Positions 35,969 to 46,000 of a stretch of DNA of 64,000 nucleotides are shown here, in pieces. Made by a program: the position numbers and the translations under genes. The DNA comes from an uncultured Solibacteraceae bacterium (GTDB lineage Bacteria; Acidobacteriota; Terriglobia; Bryobacterales; Bryobacteraceae). Under the pieces are notes generated by a model. The model had not been told where the DNA came from and did not search any database. It saw nothing but the letters and a program-made list of their open reading frames with translations. Location: contig CAWEAQ010000001.1 in NCBI GenBank assembly GCA_963807205.1, positions 450,273 to 514,272 of the forward strand, in the 5' to 3' direction. Positions within the stretch are counted from its first letter, which is position 1. Each line of letters opens with the position of its first letter.

Positions 35969-37702
35969 ATGGCGCGGTGGCGTGTTAAGCCCGCGGAGCG
36001 TAGTGTAAAGGAAGGCGTGCGCGCACCCACCATTCACGGCCGCCGGTGGTTCTCGTGGCTGGTGCTGTGTCTGCTGTTCGCACTGTGCGGGACGCTGGGG
36101 GTTTTGCAGTACCGCTGGATCGGCGAAGTCAGCGTGGCCGCGCGGGAGCGGCTGCACGGCAGCCTGCAAGCCAGCCTGATGCGCCTGAGCCAGGATTTCG
36201 ACGATGAGGTGCGCTCCGCATCGTTCGGGCTCATGCCCGTTGGCCCAGGCCCGCTCGATAAACAGGTGGAATCCCGCTTCCGCCAGTGGCAGGCAAGCGC
36301 CCGCCACCCCGGCCTGCTGCACGCGGTAGCGCTCGCCGTGCCCGCGCCGGATGGCGTCTCGGTGAAATACCTGGACATGCAAACCGGCCTGTTCCCGCCC
36401 GGACCCGGCCGCGCCAGCCGGATGGAGCCTTGGCCCGGTAGCCTGCTTCCCGGTAATGACTATGCCGTGAGAATGCCGGTTTTCGGCGGGCGCGGCCCGC
36501 GGCCCGATGGTCCCGCTCGCGACGCCGCCTGGATCGGCATCGAACTGGATGCGCGGGTGGTGCGCGAGGTCCTGGTCCCGGAACTGCTGCGGCGCCACCT
36601 GGGAGCGGCGGGCGAGGCGGATTACCAGGCCACCGTGACCACGCGCTCGACGCCGCCGGTGGTGCTCTACGAATCGGACCCCGGCCAGTCGCACAACATC
36701 TCGAGCGCCGCCGACGCTTCCGTAAGCCTGTTGGAAGCCGGAATGAGTTTTTACCGCATGGGCCCGCCGCCGAATGGCTTCCGCGGCCCTGGTTCGGGCG
36801 GCCCGCCGCCTGACCGGGGCGCCTGGAAGATGAGCGTGCGCCACCGCGCCGGCTCGCTCGAAGCGGTGGTGTCGCGCACGCGCCGCGCCAATCTCACCGT
36901 CACCGCCCTGGTGCTCGTGCTCATGATGGCCACCGTGGCGGCGCTGGTCCGCTACACCCGCCGCGCGCAGCGCCTGGCCGAATTGCAGATGAACTTCGTC
37001 GCCGGCGTTTCGCACGAACTGCGCACGCCGCTCACCGTGATCCACACAGCGGCTTACAACTTGCAAGGCAAGCTGGCCACGCAGCCGCATCAGGTGGAAC
37101 GCTACGGCGCGCTCATTCAGAAGGAGAGCGGACGCCTCAACGCCCTGGTGGAACAGATCCTGCGCTTCGCCGGCATCGAAGCGGGCAACGTGATCGAAGC
37201 GGCCGGCCCAGTGTCGGTGGAGGAGTTGATCGACGCCGCCATCGAGCACGCCAGGGACCCGATCTCCAGCGCGGGTTTCATAGTCGAGAAGCGCATCGCA
37301 CCGGGTTTGCCCATGGTGTTGGGCGACCGCGCGGCGCTTTCGCACGTGCTCGCCAACCTGATCGGCAATGCCGCCAAGTACGGCATCCGCGAGGGCGCCG
37401 GGGAGCGCTGGATCGGCGTGAAAGCGTTGGCGGCCGGCCCCGGCACGGTAGAGATCCGCGTGGCCGACCGCGGCCCCGGCATCCCGCGCGATGAGCAGGG
37501 CCGCATCTTCGACCCCTTCTTCCGCGGCGCCCGCGCCCGCGACGCGCAAATCCGCGGCACCGGCCTGGGGTTGAGCATCTCGAAGAAAATCGTGGAAGCG
37601 CACGGCGGTACCATTGCGGTCGAGAGCGAGCCCATGCAAGGCAGCGAGTTCATCGTACGGCTCCCGGCCGCCGCCGCGGAACTGGAGCCGGAGCAGGCAT
37701 GA
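35969..37702 (+). CDS. sensor histidine kinase (HisKA + HATPase_c), membrane-anchored
   Basis: ATG 35969. TM helix is WFSWLVLCLLFALCGTLGVL. H-box is VSHELRTPLT, N-box LIGNAAKYG, G1 DRGPGIP and G2 GTGLGLSI. Confidence 0.88.
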   Translation: MARWRVKPAERSVKEGVRAPTIHGRRWFSWLVLCLLFALCGTLGVLQYRWIGEVSVAARERLHGSLQASLMRLSQDFDDEVRSASFGLMPVGPGPLDKQVESRFRQWQASARHPGLLHAVALAVPAPDGVSVKYLDMQTGLFPPGPGRASRMEPWPGSLLPGNDYAVRMPVFGGRGPRPDGPARDAAWIGIELDARVVREVLVPELLRRHLGAAGEADYQATVTTRSTPPVVLYESDPGQSHNISSAADASVSLLEAGMSFYRMGPPPNGFRGPGSGGPPPDRGAWKMSVRHRAGSLEAVVSRTRRANLTVTALVLVLMMATVAALVRYTRRAQRLAELQMNFVAGVSHELRTPLTVIHTAAYNLQGKLATQPHQVERYGALIQKESGRLNALVEQILRFAGIEAGNVIEAAGPVSVEELIDAAIEHARDPISSAGFIVEKRIAPGLPMVLGDRAALSHVLANLIGNAAKYGIREGAGERWIGVKALAAGPGTVEIRVADRGPGIPRDEQGRIFDPFFRGARARDAQIRGTGLGLSISKKIVEAHGGTIAVESEPMQGSEFIVRLPAAAAELEPEQA

Positions 37703-38385
37703 CGCGGCGCATTCTGCTGGTGGAAGACGATCCCGGCCTTTCGCTCACCGTCGGCGACCTTCTCACCGGCGAAGGCTACCAGGTGGAAACCGCCGCCGAT
37801 GGTCCCACCGGCCTGGCCCGCGCGCTTGCCGAACCCTTCGACATGCTGGTGCTCGACGTCATGCTGCCCGGCAAGAATGGCTTCGACGTCTGCCGCGACC
37901 TGCGCCAGCACGGCAAGGATGTGGCCATCCTCATGCTCACCGCGCGCACGCAACTCACCGACCGCGTGGTGGGGCTGAAGCTGGGCGCGGACGACTACCT
38001 CACCAAACCCTTCGAACCGCCCGAGCTGCTGGCGCGCGTCGAAGCCCTGCTGCGGCGCGTAAAGAAGGCCGCGCGAACGCCGGTGGCGCGGTTTCAAATC
38101 GGCGATATCGACGCGGATTTCGAAACCGGTGTGGTTAAGAAGGCTGGCGTCCCGGTGGGCCTTGCCGGGAAGGAACTGGACCTTTTCCGCTATCTGGTGG
38201 ACCACCGCGGCAAGGTGGTCTCGCGCGACGAGTTACTGGAAGGCGTGTGGGAGTATCAGCCAGGTGTATCTTCGCGTACCATCGACGTGCACGTGGCCTG
38301 GCTGCGCCATAAGTTGGAAGATAACCCGCGCGATCCGCGTTACATCCGCACGGTGCGCGGGGTGGGCTACCGGTTCGCGGGGTGA
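37699..38385 (+). CDS. OmpR/PhoB-family response regulator
   Basis: The ATGA overlap with the kinase stop indicates coupling. REC region is RILLVEDDPGL..DMLVLDVMLPG..DDYLTKPF. Winged helix is ..TIDVHVAWLRHKLE..IRTVRGVGYRF. Confidence 0.92.
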   Translation: MTRRILLVEDDPGLSLTVGDLLTGEGYQVETAADGPTGLARALAEPFDMLVLDVMLPGKNGFDVCRDLRQHGKDVAILMLTARTQLTDRVVGLKLGADDYLTKPFEPPELLARVEALLRRVKKAARTPVARFQIGDIDADFETGVVKKAGVPVGLAGKELDLFRYLVDHRGKVVSRDELLEGVWEYQPGVSSRTIDVHVAWLRHKLEDNPRDPRYIRTVRGVGYRFAG

Positions 38386-38447
38386 GCGGCCGCGCCGCGA
38401 AACGTCCGTAAAATGCGGAATCGCTTCCCCGCCCCGCCGCATCCGCT

Positions 38448-38993
38448 ATGAGTATGGGCAAATTCCTAGTTACAGGAGCGATCATGGCAGCTTCGCTTTT
38501 CGGCGCCTCGGGCGCTCTCGATTTCACCTTGAACTCCATCGACGGCCAGCCGGCCCCGTTGTCGCAATACCGCGGCAAGGTGCTGCTGCTGGTCAACGTG
38601 GCAAGCCAATGCGGTTACACGCCGCAGTATGCCGGCTTGGAAGCGCTTTACGAGAAATACAAGGACAAGGGCCTGGTGGTTCTCGGTTTCCCGGCCAACA
38701 ACTTTCGCGGGCAGGAGCCCGGCACCAACGAGGAGATCAAGGCTTTCTGTAACCGCAAATACAGTGTGACGTTCCCCATGTACTCCAAGATCTCGGTGGC
38801 CGGCGAGGACAAGGCGCCGTTGTACCAATACCTCACCGATAAGCAGGCCAACCCGTCCACCGGTGGCGAGATCAAGTGGAACTTCACCAAGTTCCTGGTG
38901 GGAAAAGATGGCCGGGTGGTGCAGCGTTTCGAGCCCGCGGTGATTCCGGAATCGCCCGAGGTGGTTACGGCTGTCGAGGAAGCGCTGAAGTAG
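38448..38993 (+). CDS. gpx: glutathione peroxidase (Cys type), with N-terminal signal-like segment
   Basis: Family blocks are GKVLLLVNVASQCGYTPQY, LGFPANNFRGQEPG and KWNFTKFLV. The catalytic residue is encoded by TGC, not TGA. Confidence 0.92.
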   Translation: MSMGKFLVTGAIMAASLFGASGALDFTLNSIDGQPAPLSQYRGKVLLLVNVASQCGYTPQYAGLEALYEKYKDKGLVVLGFPANNFRGQEPGTNEEIKAFCNRKYSVTFPMYSKISVAGEDKAPLYQYLTDKQANPSTGGEIKWNFTKFLVGKDGRVVQRFEPAVIPESPEVVTAVEEALK

Positions 38994-39012
38994 TTCCGCG
39001 AGGCCGGGAGCG

Positions 39013-39100
39013 GCAAAACCGCTACGCCTGAAGCGGTTTCTATATCTAACTTATTGATTCTACATAAGCGGAGCCGCTCCGCCGTAGCGGTTTTGCTTTT
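39013..39100 (+). terminator. long-range 14-bp stem plus U-tract; probable gpx terminator or leader structure of the moeA operon
   Basis: GCAAAACCGCTACG (39013-39026) pairs with CGTAGCGGTTTTGC (39083-39096), followed by TTTT (39097-39100). The left arm can alternatively pair with AGCGGTTT (39032-39039). Confidence 0.5.
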
Positions 39101-39116
39101 GTGGCACACTGATTCC

Positions 39117-40307
39117 GTGGCCCCGCTCGAATTCCTGGAGGCGCGAGAAGCCGTAGTGAACGCCGTCTGCCCGGCGCCGAAGCCCACTGTGGAAGAGACC
39201 GGCCTCGATGCCGCCATGGGCCGCGTGCTAGCCGAAACGGTTTGCGCCGATCGCGATCTTCCGGCGGCTGCCCGTTCAGCCCGCGATGGCTTTGCCGTGC
39301 GCGCGGCGGATCTTCCGGGCGAGTTGCGAATCGCGGGCGAGGTTCGCGCTGGGGAATGCTTTGCGGGAGAAGTGGGCGCCGGCCAGGCGGTCGCCATCAT
39401 GACCGGCGCGCCCGTGCCCGCGGGCGCGGATGCCGTGGTGATGGTGGAGCACACCGTCGCCATGACCGGTCGCGTGCTCATCCCCCAACCGGCCGAACCG
39501 GGGCAGAACATCAGCCCCCGGGGCTCCGAAGCGGCGGCTGGCGACGCCCTGTTGCACGCGGGCAAGCGCCTCGATTACACCGATATTGCGCTGCTGGCTG
39601 CCGTAGGCCACGCGCGGCCACGGGTGTATCGTAAGCCGGTTGCCGCCATCATTCCCACCGGCGATGAGGTGGTCGGGATCGATGAGACGCCGCTCGATCA
39701 CCAGGTGCGCAACTCCAATGCCCAGGCACTGGCGGCGCAGGTGGAGCGCGCGGGCGGCCTGGCGAAGATCCTCCCCATCGCCCGCGACCGCATGGAACAC
39801 ACTCGCGCCATCATCGAGCGCGCCCTCGATTGCGACCTGCTGCTGCTCTCGGGCGGCGTCTCCGCCGGCAAGTACGACGTGGTGGAACCCGTGCTGCGGG
39901 ACATGGGCGCGACATTTTATTTCGACCGCGTGCTGATCCAGCCCGGCCAGCCGCTGGTTTTCGGCAGCGTGGCGGGGAAGTTTTTCTTCGGCTTGCCGGG
40001 GAATCCGGCGTCCACTATGCTGACATTCGAAGTGTTCGCGCGCGCCGCCCTAGAGCTGCTCGGCGGACAGGAAGAGGTTTCGCTGGACATGCCGTTCGCC
40101 CGCCTGACGTGCGAATTCCACCACCGTCCCGGCCTCACGCGGTTCCTGCCGGCGCAGTTAAGTGCAGACGGCGCGGAAGTGACGCCAGTGGCTTGGCATG
40201 GCTCGGGCGACATCCCCGCCATGGCGCGCGCCAACGCCTTCCTGGTGGCCGATCCAGGCCGCGCGGAGTACTCGGCGGGTGATTGGATTCGGGTGCTCAT
40301 AAAATGA
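39117..40307 (+). CDS. moeA: molybdopterin molybdenumtransferase MoeA
   Basis: GTG 39117 is chosen because the tracked TTG 39054 start lies inside the stem-loop/terminator region. MoeA blocks are [46 protein letters not shown] and PGNPAS. Confidence 0.88.
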   Translation: MAPLEFLEAREAVVNAVCPAPKPTVEETGLDAAMGRVLAETVCADRDLPAAARSARDGFAVRAADLPGELRIAGEVRAGECFAGEVGAGQAVAIMTGAPVPAGADAVVMVEHTVAMTGRVLIPQPAEPGQNISPRGSEAAAGDALLHAGKRLDYTDIALLAAVGHARPRVYRKPVAAIIPTGDEVVGIDETPLDHQVRNSNAQALAAQVERAGGLAKILPIARDRMEHTRAIIERALDCDLLLLSGGVSAGKYDVVEPVLRDMGATFYFDRVLIQPGQPLVFGSVAGKFFFGLPGNPASTMLTFEVFARAALELLGGQEEVSLDMPFARLTCEFHHRPGLTRFLPAQLSADGAEVTPVAWHGSGDIPAMARANAFLVADPGRAEYSAGDWIRVLIK

Positions 40308-40774
40308 AGAAGCTCTCGCACTATGACGCCGCCGGCAGTCCCCGCATGGTGGACGTTTCCTCCAAGCCCGCCACGCTTCGCACGGCGCGCGCCCACGCCT
40401 TCGTGCACATCCGGCCTGGCGTGCTGAAGAAACTGCCGCGGAATCCGAAGGGCAATCCGCTGGAAATCGCGCGCATCGCCGGCATCGCGGCCGCCAAGCG
40501 CACCTCGGATCTGATCCCGCTGTGCCATCCACTCCCGCTCACCCACGCCGATGTCGAAGTGACCGTCGGGAAGCGCGGAGTGCGGATCGTCTCCAGCGCC
40601 GCCACCACCGCGCCGACCGGCGTCGAGATGGAAGCGCTCACCGCCGCCGCCGTGGCCGCGCTAACCGTCTACGACATGGTGAAGGCGCTCGACAAGTCGA
40701 TCGAGATCCAGGACCTGTACCTATTGGAAAAAACCGGCGGAAAGAGTGGCGACTTCCACCGCCAGGAGGGTTGA
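40304..40774 (+). CDS. moaC: cyclic pyranopterin monophosphate synthase MoaC
   Basis: ATG 40304 overlaps the moeA stop as ATGA. MoaC blocks are [39 protein letters not shown] and [19 protein letters not shown]. Confidence 0.92.
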   Translation: MKKLSHYDAAGSPRMVDVSSKPATLRTARAHAFVHIRPGVLKKLPRNPKGNPLEIARIAGIAAAKRTSDLIPLCHPLPLTHADVEVTVGKRGVRIVSSAATTAPTGVEMEALTAAAVAALTVYDMVKALDKSIEIQDLYLLEKTGGKSGDFHRQEG

Positions 40775-40776
40775 CC

Positions 40777-41265
40777 ATGCCCGACGCCGCCGTGTTGACC
40801 ATCAGCGACTCCGTATCCGAGGGCACGCGCGCGGACCGCTCCGGGCCAGCCGTGCGTGAACGGTTGGAACAACTGGGCTGGCGGGTCCCGGTGGTGGAGG
40901 CGGTGCCCGACGAAGCCGCCCGCATCGGCGCCCGCCTGGCGGCCCTGGCCGATGGCGGACACGTGGCCGCCATCTTCACCACCGGCGGCACGGGCCTGGC
41001 CGCCCGCGACGTCACGCCGGAAGCCACGCGCGCCGTGCTGGACCGCGAAATCCCCGGTTTCGGAGAGCTGATGCGCTCCGTGGGGCGCAAATCCACGCCG
41101 CTGGCGGCGCTCTCGCGCGCGGTCTCGGGCACCCGTGGGCGCGTGCTGATCGTCAACCTGCCAGGTTCGCCCAAGGGCGCGGTGGAGTCGCTGAACGCCG
41201 TCGTGGAACTGGTGCCTCACGTGCTGGATCTGCTGCGGGGGAAGACCGCCCATGAGCAGGCATAA
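40777..41265 (+). CDS. moaB: MoaB/MogA-family molybdenum cofactor biosynthesis protein
   Basis: ATG is 3 nt after the moaC stop. Blocks are AAVLTISDS...G.R.D.SGP, IFTTGGTGLAARDVTPEAT and LIVNLPGSPKGA. Confidence 0.88.
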   Translation: MPDAAVLTISDSVSEGTRADRSGPAVRERLEQLGWRVPVVEAVPDEAARIGARLAALADGGHVAAIFTTGGTGLAARDVTPEATRAVLDREIPGFGELMRSVGRKSTPLAALSRAVSGTRGRVLIVNLPGSPKGAVESLNAVVELVPHVLDLLRGKTAHEQA

Positions 41266-41274
41266 AGGAATCGA

Positions 41275-42384
41275 ATGCGAAAGTTGATCGCCCTGGCGCT
41301 CGCCGCGGGGTTGCTGGCGGCACAGCAGACCAAGCCGAAACGCGGGGAGCGCGCCCAGCCCGAGGAGCGGGAGCCCGCCGAAGAGATCGTTCCGAAATTC
41401 ACCGCGCCCGTCACCAACATCCTTGCGCCCACCAAGGTTTTCGGCGCGGACAGGAATTTCCTGACCGGCGTCCGCGCCGATCAGTTCCACCTCTTCGACA
41501 ACGGGCGGGAGCAGAAAATTCGCGTGGACGAGTCGCTGATTCCCATCTCCATGGTGATCGCCATTCAGTGCAACGCCGAGGTGGACCAGATTCTGCCCAA
41601 GGTGAACCGCATCGGCAACATGCTGGCCCCGGTGGTGCTGGGCGACCGCGGCGAGGCGGCGGTGATCGCCTTCGATTCGCGCATCCGCACCATGCAGGAT
41701 TTCACCTCCGACCCGGACCTCGTCGCCGAAGCCGTGCGGCGCATCCACTCCGGCAGCCTCTCCAGCCGCCTGGTGGATGCCGTGGACGCGGCCGAGCACA
41801 TGCTTCGCACGAGGCCGGCCGAGCACCAGAAGATCATCCTGCTGATCAGCGAAACTCGCGACGAAGGCAGCATGAACCGCGGCATCGACACCCTGAACTA
41901 CGTACAGGCGGGCAACGTGACGGTGTATCAGGTAACCATGTCGCGGGTGCTGGGCAAGCTTACGGCCTCCGCGCCGCTGCCGCGGCCCGACCCGCTGCCG
42001 CCCGCCATGCACCCCATGCCGTCGAACGTGCCGGCCACGCCCACCACGGTGATGCAGACCTACGGCACCGACGGAGCCAGCGCGAATTTCATCCCCCTGC
42101 TGACGGAGATTTTCAAGGACCTGAAATCCCTGGTGAAGGCGCCCGCCGCCGACATGTTCATCATGGGGACCGGCGGATCGAAATTCGATTTCTACCGCGG
42201 CAAGGGGCTCGAAGAAGCCATCCAGCAGATGAGCGCGGAACTGCACCTGCAGTACATGCTGAGCTACAGCCCGAACAACAAGCAGGAGCCCGGCTGGCAC
42301 GACATCAAGGTGGAAGTCTCCGGCCACGGCGACACGCGCGTGCGGACGCGGCCCGGGTACTGGATGCCGGCGGAGGCGCAGTAA
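41275..42384 (+). CDS. secreted VWA-domain protein (short paralogue A)
   Basis: It carries a signal peptide and the motif ..TNILAPTKVFGADRNFLTGVRADQFHLFDNGREQKIRV. VWA core is ..AAVIAFDSRIRTMQDF..IILLISETRD... About two thirds of residues are identical by eye to the gene at 46964..48037. Confidence 0.85.
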   Translation: MRKLIALALAAGLLAAQQTKPKRGERAQPEEREPAEEIVPKFTAPVTNILAPTKVFGADRNFLTGVRADQFHLFDNGREQKIRVDESLIPISMVIAIQCNAEVDQILPKVNRIGNMLAPVVLGDRGEAAVIAFDSRIRTMQDFTSDPDLVAEAVRRIHSGSLSSRLVDAVDAAEHMLRTRPAEHQKIILLISETRDEGSMNRGIDTLNYVQAGNVTVYQVTMSRVLGKLTASAPLPRPDPLPPAMHPMPSNVPATPTTVMQTYGTDGASANFIPLLTEIFKDLKSLVKAPAADMFIMGTGGSKFDFYRGKGLEEAIQQMSAELHLQYMLSYSPNNKQEPGWHDIKVEVSGHGDTRVRTRPGYWMPAEAQ

Positions 42385-42397
42385 CTGGCACCGGTCT

Positions 42398-42441
42398 TAT
42401 GTGGGGCACGCTGTCAGCCTGCGGCCGATTGTCAATCGGCC
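42398..42441. repeat. single copy of the REP-like two-hairpin module
   Basis: TATGTGGGGCACGCTGTCAGCCTGCGGCCGATTGTCAATCGGCC aligns at about 75% with the modules at 15632..15747. Stem substitutions are paired. Confidence 0.6.
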
Positions 42442-42944
42442 CGGCGAGCGGAGCTCGCCTGTTCGGAGGCCGGGTTACCCCTCGGGGCTGACCATTCGGG
42501 TTAGGATATGCACGGCGTCGCTCTCGCAGGGGCCAAGGTGCATCCCTCCCCGCGCTCCCGACACTCAGCCCTTCGCCGGAGGGACGGCGCCGCCAAATCA
42601 CTGGCGGGTTCCGGGACCCAGGCGAACCTGTCAGTCCCTGTGCGGCCTCTGCTCCTCTGCCGTCGGCCTATCTCCGAGCAGCGCGATCCGCGCGGAACTT
42701 CCCCGAACGGGACTTCACGGGAGCCCGCGGTTGGCGTAGCGGATTTTCCTCCAGCGATTTGCGGCATCGCGGACAGATGAGCTGCGCGGGTTGGCCCCGG
42801 GCGGGTGCTCAACACTGCCTATTGCCTATTTCGCCAATCGGCGGGCGAAGTGTTCGTTGAGTTGTTGCGGGACGAATCCGGGGAGTAACCCTCGCCGGTG
42901 GCGGGGCGGACTCAGGCCGGCATGGCTTTGCGTTTGAGGCGGGG

Positions 42945-42981
42945 ACAAGAAAGCCCTCTCCCCGGAGGCCGAGGAGAGGGC
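42945..42981 (-). terminator. Rho-independent terminator of the propeller/phosphoesterase gene
   Basis: On the minus strand, GCCCTCTCC-tcggcctccgg-GGAGAGGGC (9-bp GC-rich stem) is followed by TTTCTT, about 27 nt after stop codon 43008. Confidence 0.7.
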
Positions 42982-43007
42982 CGTCATTGTTGCGGTTGGG
43001 ACGAGTA

Positions 43008-46000
43008 CTAAAGGTCGTCGTCGTCCTCGTCAGCTTTAGCGACGCGCACCCGGCGTTTGAAGTCGCTTGCGGGGCGAACCTTGTTCTCACCGGGGAAAGG
43101 GACCTTAAACCCGGTGGCCTCGTACCAGTCGAAGTGGCGGACGGTGTCCGCGTCCAGGGAGTCGGGCGTGTGATATTTGGCGGCGAAGACCTGCGACTTC
43201 ATATTGAGCCAGCCAGCCCGCAGAGCTCTGACGTCGCGCCTTTCAGGCCTTTTCACCTGGGGCGCCGCGCTTCCGGAACTGCAAGTGTTGAGGCTGGGGC
43301 TGATGTCCGTCGGGGCCGTATATCCCGAAACGCCGTAACACAGCGGGACCTGATTCGGCACATGCGACCACGACAGGAAGTTCTTCGCGGGCGGGTTGTT
43401 GATGAAGAGCGTGGTCATCGGCGCGGCCACCAGGTCGAACTGATTCATGGGCGTCAGACCGAGGATCTGCTCGATCGTGCGCGTCATGTTGACCTGCGTG
43501 TAGAAGGTACTATCTTCGATAACCCCGGCCCCGGTGCCATCGGAGTTCACCTTCTGTTTGACGTAGGGGCTGATGACAAAGCCAGGGCTGCGGTGACCGT
43601 CGACGTGGTCTACGCCGTACTGCGCGTCGTCTTCTTCGATGAAGATCGCCGAACTGGACCAAATGGGGCTGTGGCTGATGTAGTCGACGACACGCCCAAC
43701 GGCCAGGTCGTTATCGGCCACTTCGGCTGCCGCGTTCGGCGGGCCGGTGGTGTGGTCGCTCATGATCCACAGGAATTCCAATTGGGGCACCGAACCGGCG
43801 GCCACGTCGCTCGCGAAGTCCTGCTGCCAGACATCGACCCGGTACTGATCGGGGATGCCCAGATCGAATTGCGGGTAGTTTTGCACCGTGATGTTATACA
43901 GGTTCGGGAGCGGGGTGACCGACCCGATGACGTTGAAGTACTTGAGCTGCGCCTCGTTGCCGCTCTCGTATTCCAACGTGTCGTTGTAGAATTGGGCCCA
44001 GGTCGGCTCGCAACTGTCGGAAACTACGAACGGTAATGCGACGGATTTACTACCGGCGCCATTAAAGCCGTTGGGTTGCGTCATGTTAGTCGGAGTGCAA
44101 CCCGGCACGTTGAACGTGTTGCTCTCGACGTACTCACCGTAGTTCTTCACCGTGATGCCGGCCGCGGCCGCCACGTCCCACAGGTGGCCGTTCTTCTGAT
44201 AGGCAATCGCATCGCCGCCGTTGGAGGGGTAGTCGCGGAGCCAGTCAGGCGACTGGATGTCGTCGGAGTAGGGCGCCATGGCCTGCGTGATCCAGTTGTG
44301 ACCGTCAGCCGACTGGCGGCTCGCGTTGTAGAAGTTGTCCAGCAGCGGGAAACGCTGCACCATTGCGTGCGCGTTAGGCGTTACGACAGGGTATTGGGAG
44401 AAGGTCGACTTGTCGCCGAAGACTGCCAGGGAGGGTTGGCCGTTGCCGCCGGCCACGTCGCCCAGTATCTGATCGTAGGTGCGGTTTTCCCGGATGATCA
44501 CGAAGACGTGCTGGATCTTCGACGGAGCGCCGATCTTTTCCGGGATCGCCACCGGCGCGGCATACTGGTTGCCCCCCGCGGCCGACGCGATATTTCCCGA
44601 CAGATCCCAGTGGTTGTTCTCGAAGACCGTCTGGGTCATCGCCGCCAGGGTCAGGTAATTCGGCACGGGGACGATGCTGACGCTGCCAAGGTCCTGGTGG
44701 GTGTTGAAGCTGACCACGCCCTCCTCCTTCCCGTACGAATTCTCGGCCGTATTGGTTGGAGGGGGCGCCACACCGAAGCCGGTGGTGCCGATGCCCTTGT
44801 CGTTGGCAACGAGCAGCACACCGTCCGCCGCATCCAGCACCACCGAGCTTGGCCCATAGCCTACCGGGATCATGCCCATGACGGGATTTGACACGCACGA
44901 CAAAACGCAAAGGCCGGATCCAAGGTTGACGACCGCGATGGCGTTGGCATTGTAAAGCGCGACGTAGGCGATGTTGTTCACCGCATCGACGGCGATCGAG
45001 TTCGGCCCCGCGCCATAGGCCGGCTCGTTGGCGCCAGGCACTGCGATGGGCAACCCGAGGTTGATCGTCGTCACCACCTCATTGTTCCCCGTGTTGATCA
45101 CGGAGACGGTGTCGTCATAGGTATTGGCGACCAGCAGGTAGTTGTTCCAGACGGCCATGCCAGTCGGGTGCAGACCGGTCGAGATGCTGCCGGTGACCGT
45201 AAACGTGGACAGGTTGACCACGGAAACGGTGCCTGTGGCTGTGGCGCCAGTCGGCCAGGCGGCGACGACCGGGGTGCCGTTGGAGTATCCCTGGAAGTCG
45301 TCCGCGGTGGCAATCCGGCCAGCCTCGTTGGAGACGTAGGCGGTCGTGCCATCCGGCGAGATGACGACGCTGTGCGGGACGTTACCGACGCGGATCTCCG
45401 CACCCTGCTTCGGAGTCGCCGCCGTCAGGTCGATCTTCGTCAGAGTATCGTTGTTGTCCAGCACGGCATAGGCGGTCTTGCCATCCGGCGAGATCGCGAT
45501 GCCCATGGGATAGGAAGTGAACGTGTCATCCGAGAAAATCGAAACCGGGTAGCCGCACGGAATGGCAAAGCTGCCCGAGGTTCCCGGAGGGCTGTTCCCG
45601 GGGAAGCAGGTGACATTGGTCAGAGCGCCTGAGTTGGTGACGTCCAACGGAACGCCGACTTGGGTGCCGTCCGACAGCAAGCCCGTCTGCGGATTGACGT
45701 TGGCGACGGCAACGTAGCTGGTGGGGCCGTAACTGCCGTCCTGGCTGAACAGCAGGTGCAGGCCGTCCGGCGTATAGCTGATGCCGTTGTGGCTGCCGTC
45801 TGAATTGGTACCTTTCATCGTACTGTAGGTCTGCAGGACCTTGCCGGTCTGGGTGTTGAAAATCGTGACGGCCTGTGGGGCGCCCATCTGCAGGACGGCG
45901 GCGGTGTGCGTCGCGGTATTGGGGTTCAGTGCGACGGCCTTTGCGCGAGTCGTGATGCCGAGGTAGACCTGCGTGCCGGCGGGTGTGATGAACGCGCCAT

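Noticed and set aside
33954-36008. 684-aa plus-strand ORF (also 34870..35922 and 34961..35365)
   Set aside because: These are antisense to the Oar-like receptor gene. The translation is dominated by Arg/Ala/Gly/His runs that mirror the G/P/M-rich tract on the other strand.
35888-37639. 583-aa minus-strand ORF
   Set aside because: It is antisense to the sensor kinase, which carries all H/N/G boxes. No motif is present and the composition is biased.
38448-38993. Possible selenocysteine recoding in glutathione peroxidase
   Set aside because: The catalytic position in ..NVASQCGYT.. is encoded by TGC (Cys). There is no in-frame TGA.
38994-39116. Known Moco riboswitch upstream of moeA
   Set aside because: I could not find the conserved Moco-motif nucleotides by eye. 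The structure is reported only as an unexplained alternative-pairing element or terminator. A covariance-model scan is needed for a definite answer.
40669-42327. 552-aa minus-strand ORF
   Set aside because: It is antisense to the moaB and VWA paralogue A genes. It is a high-GC shadow frame.
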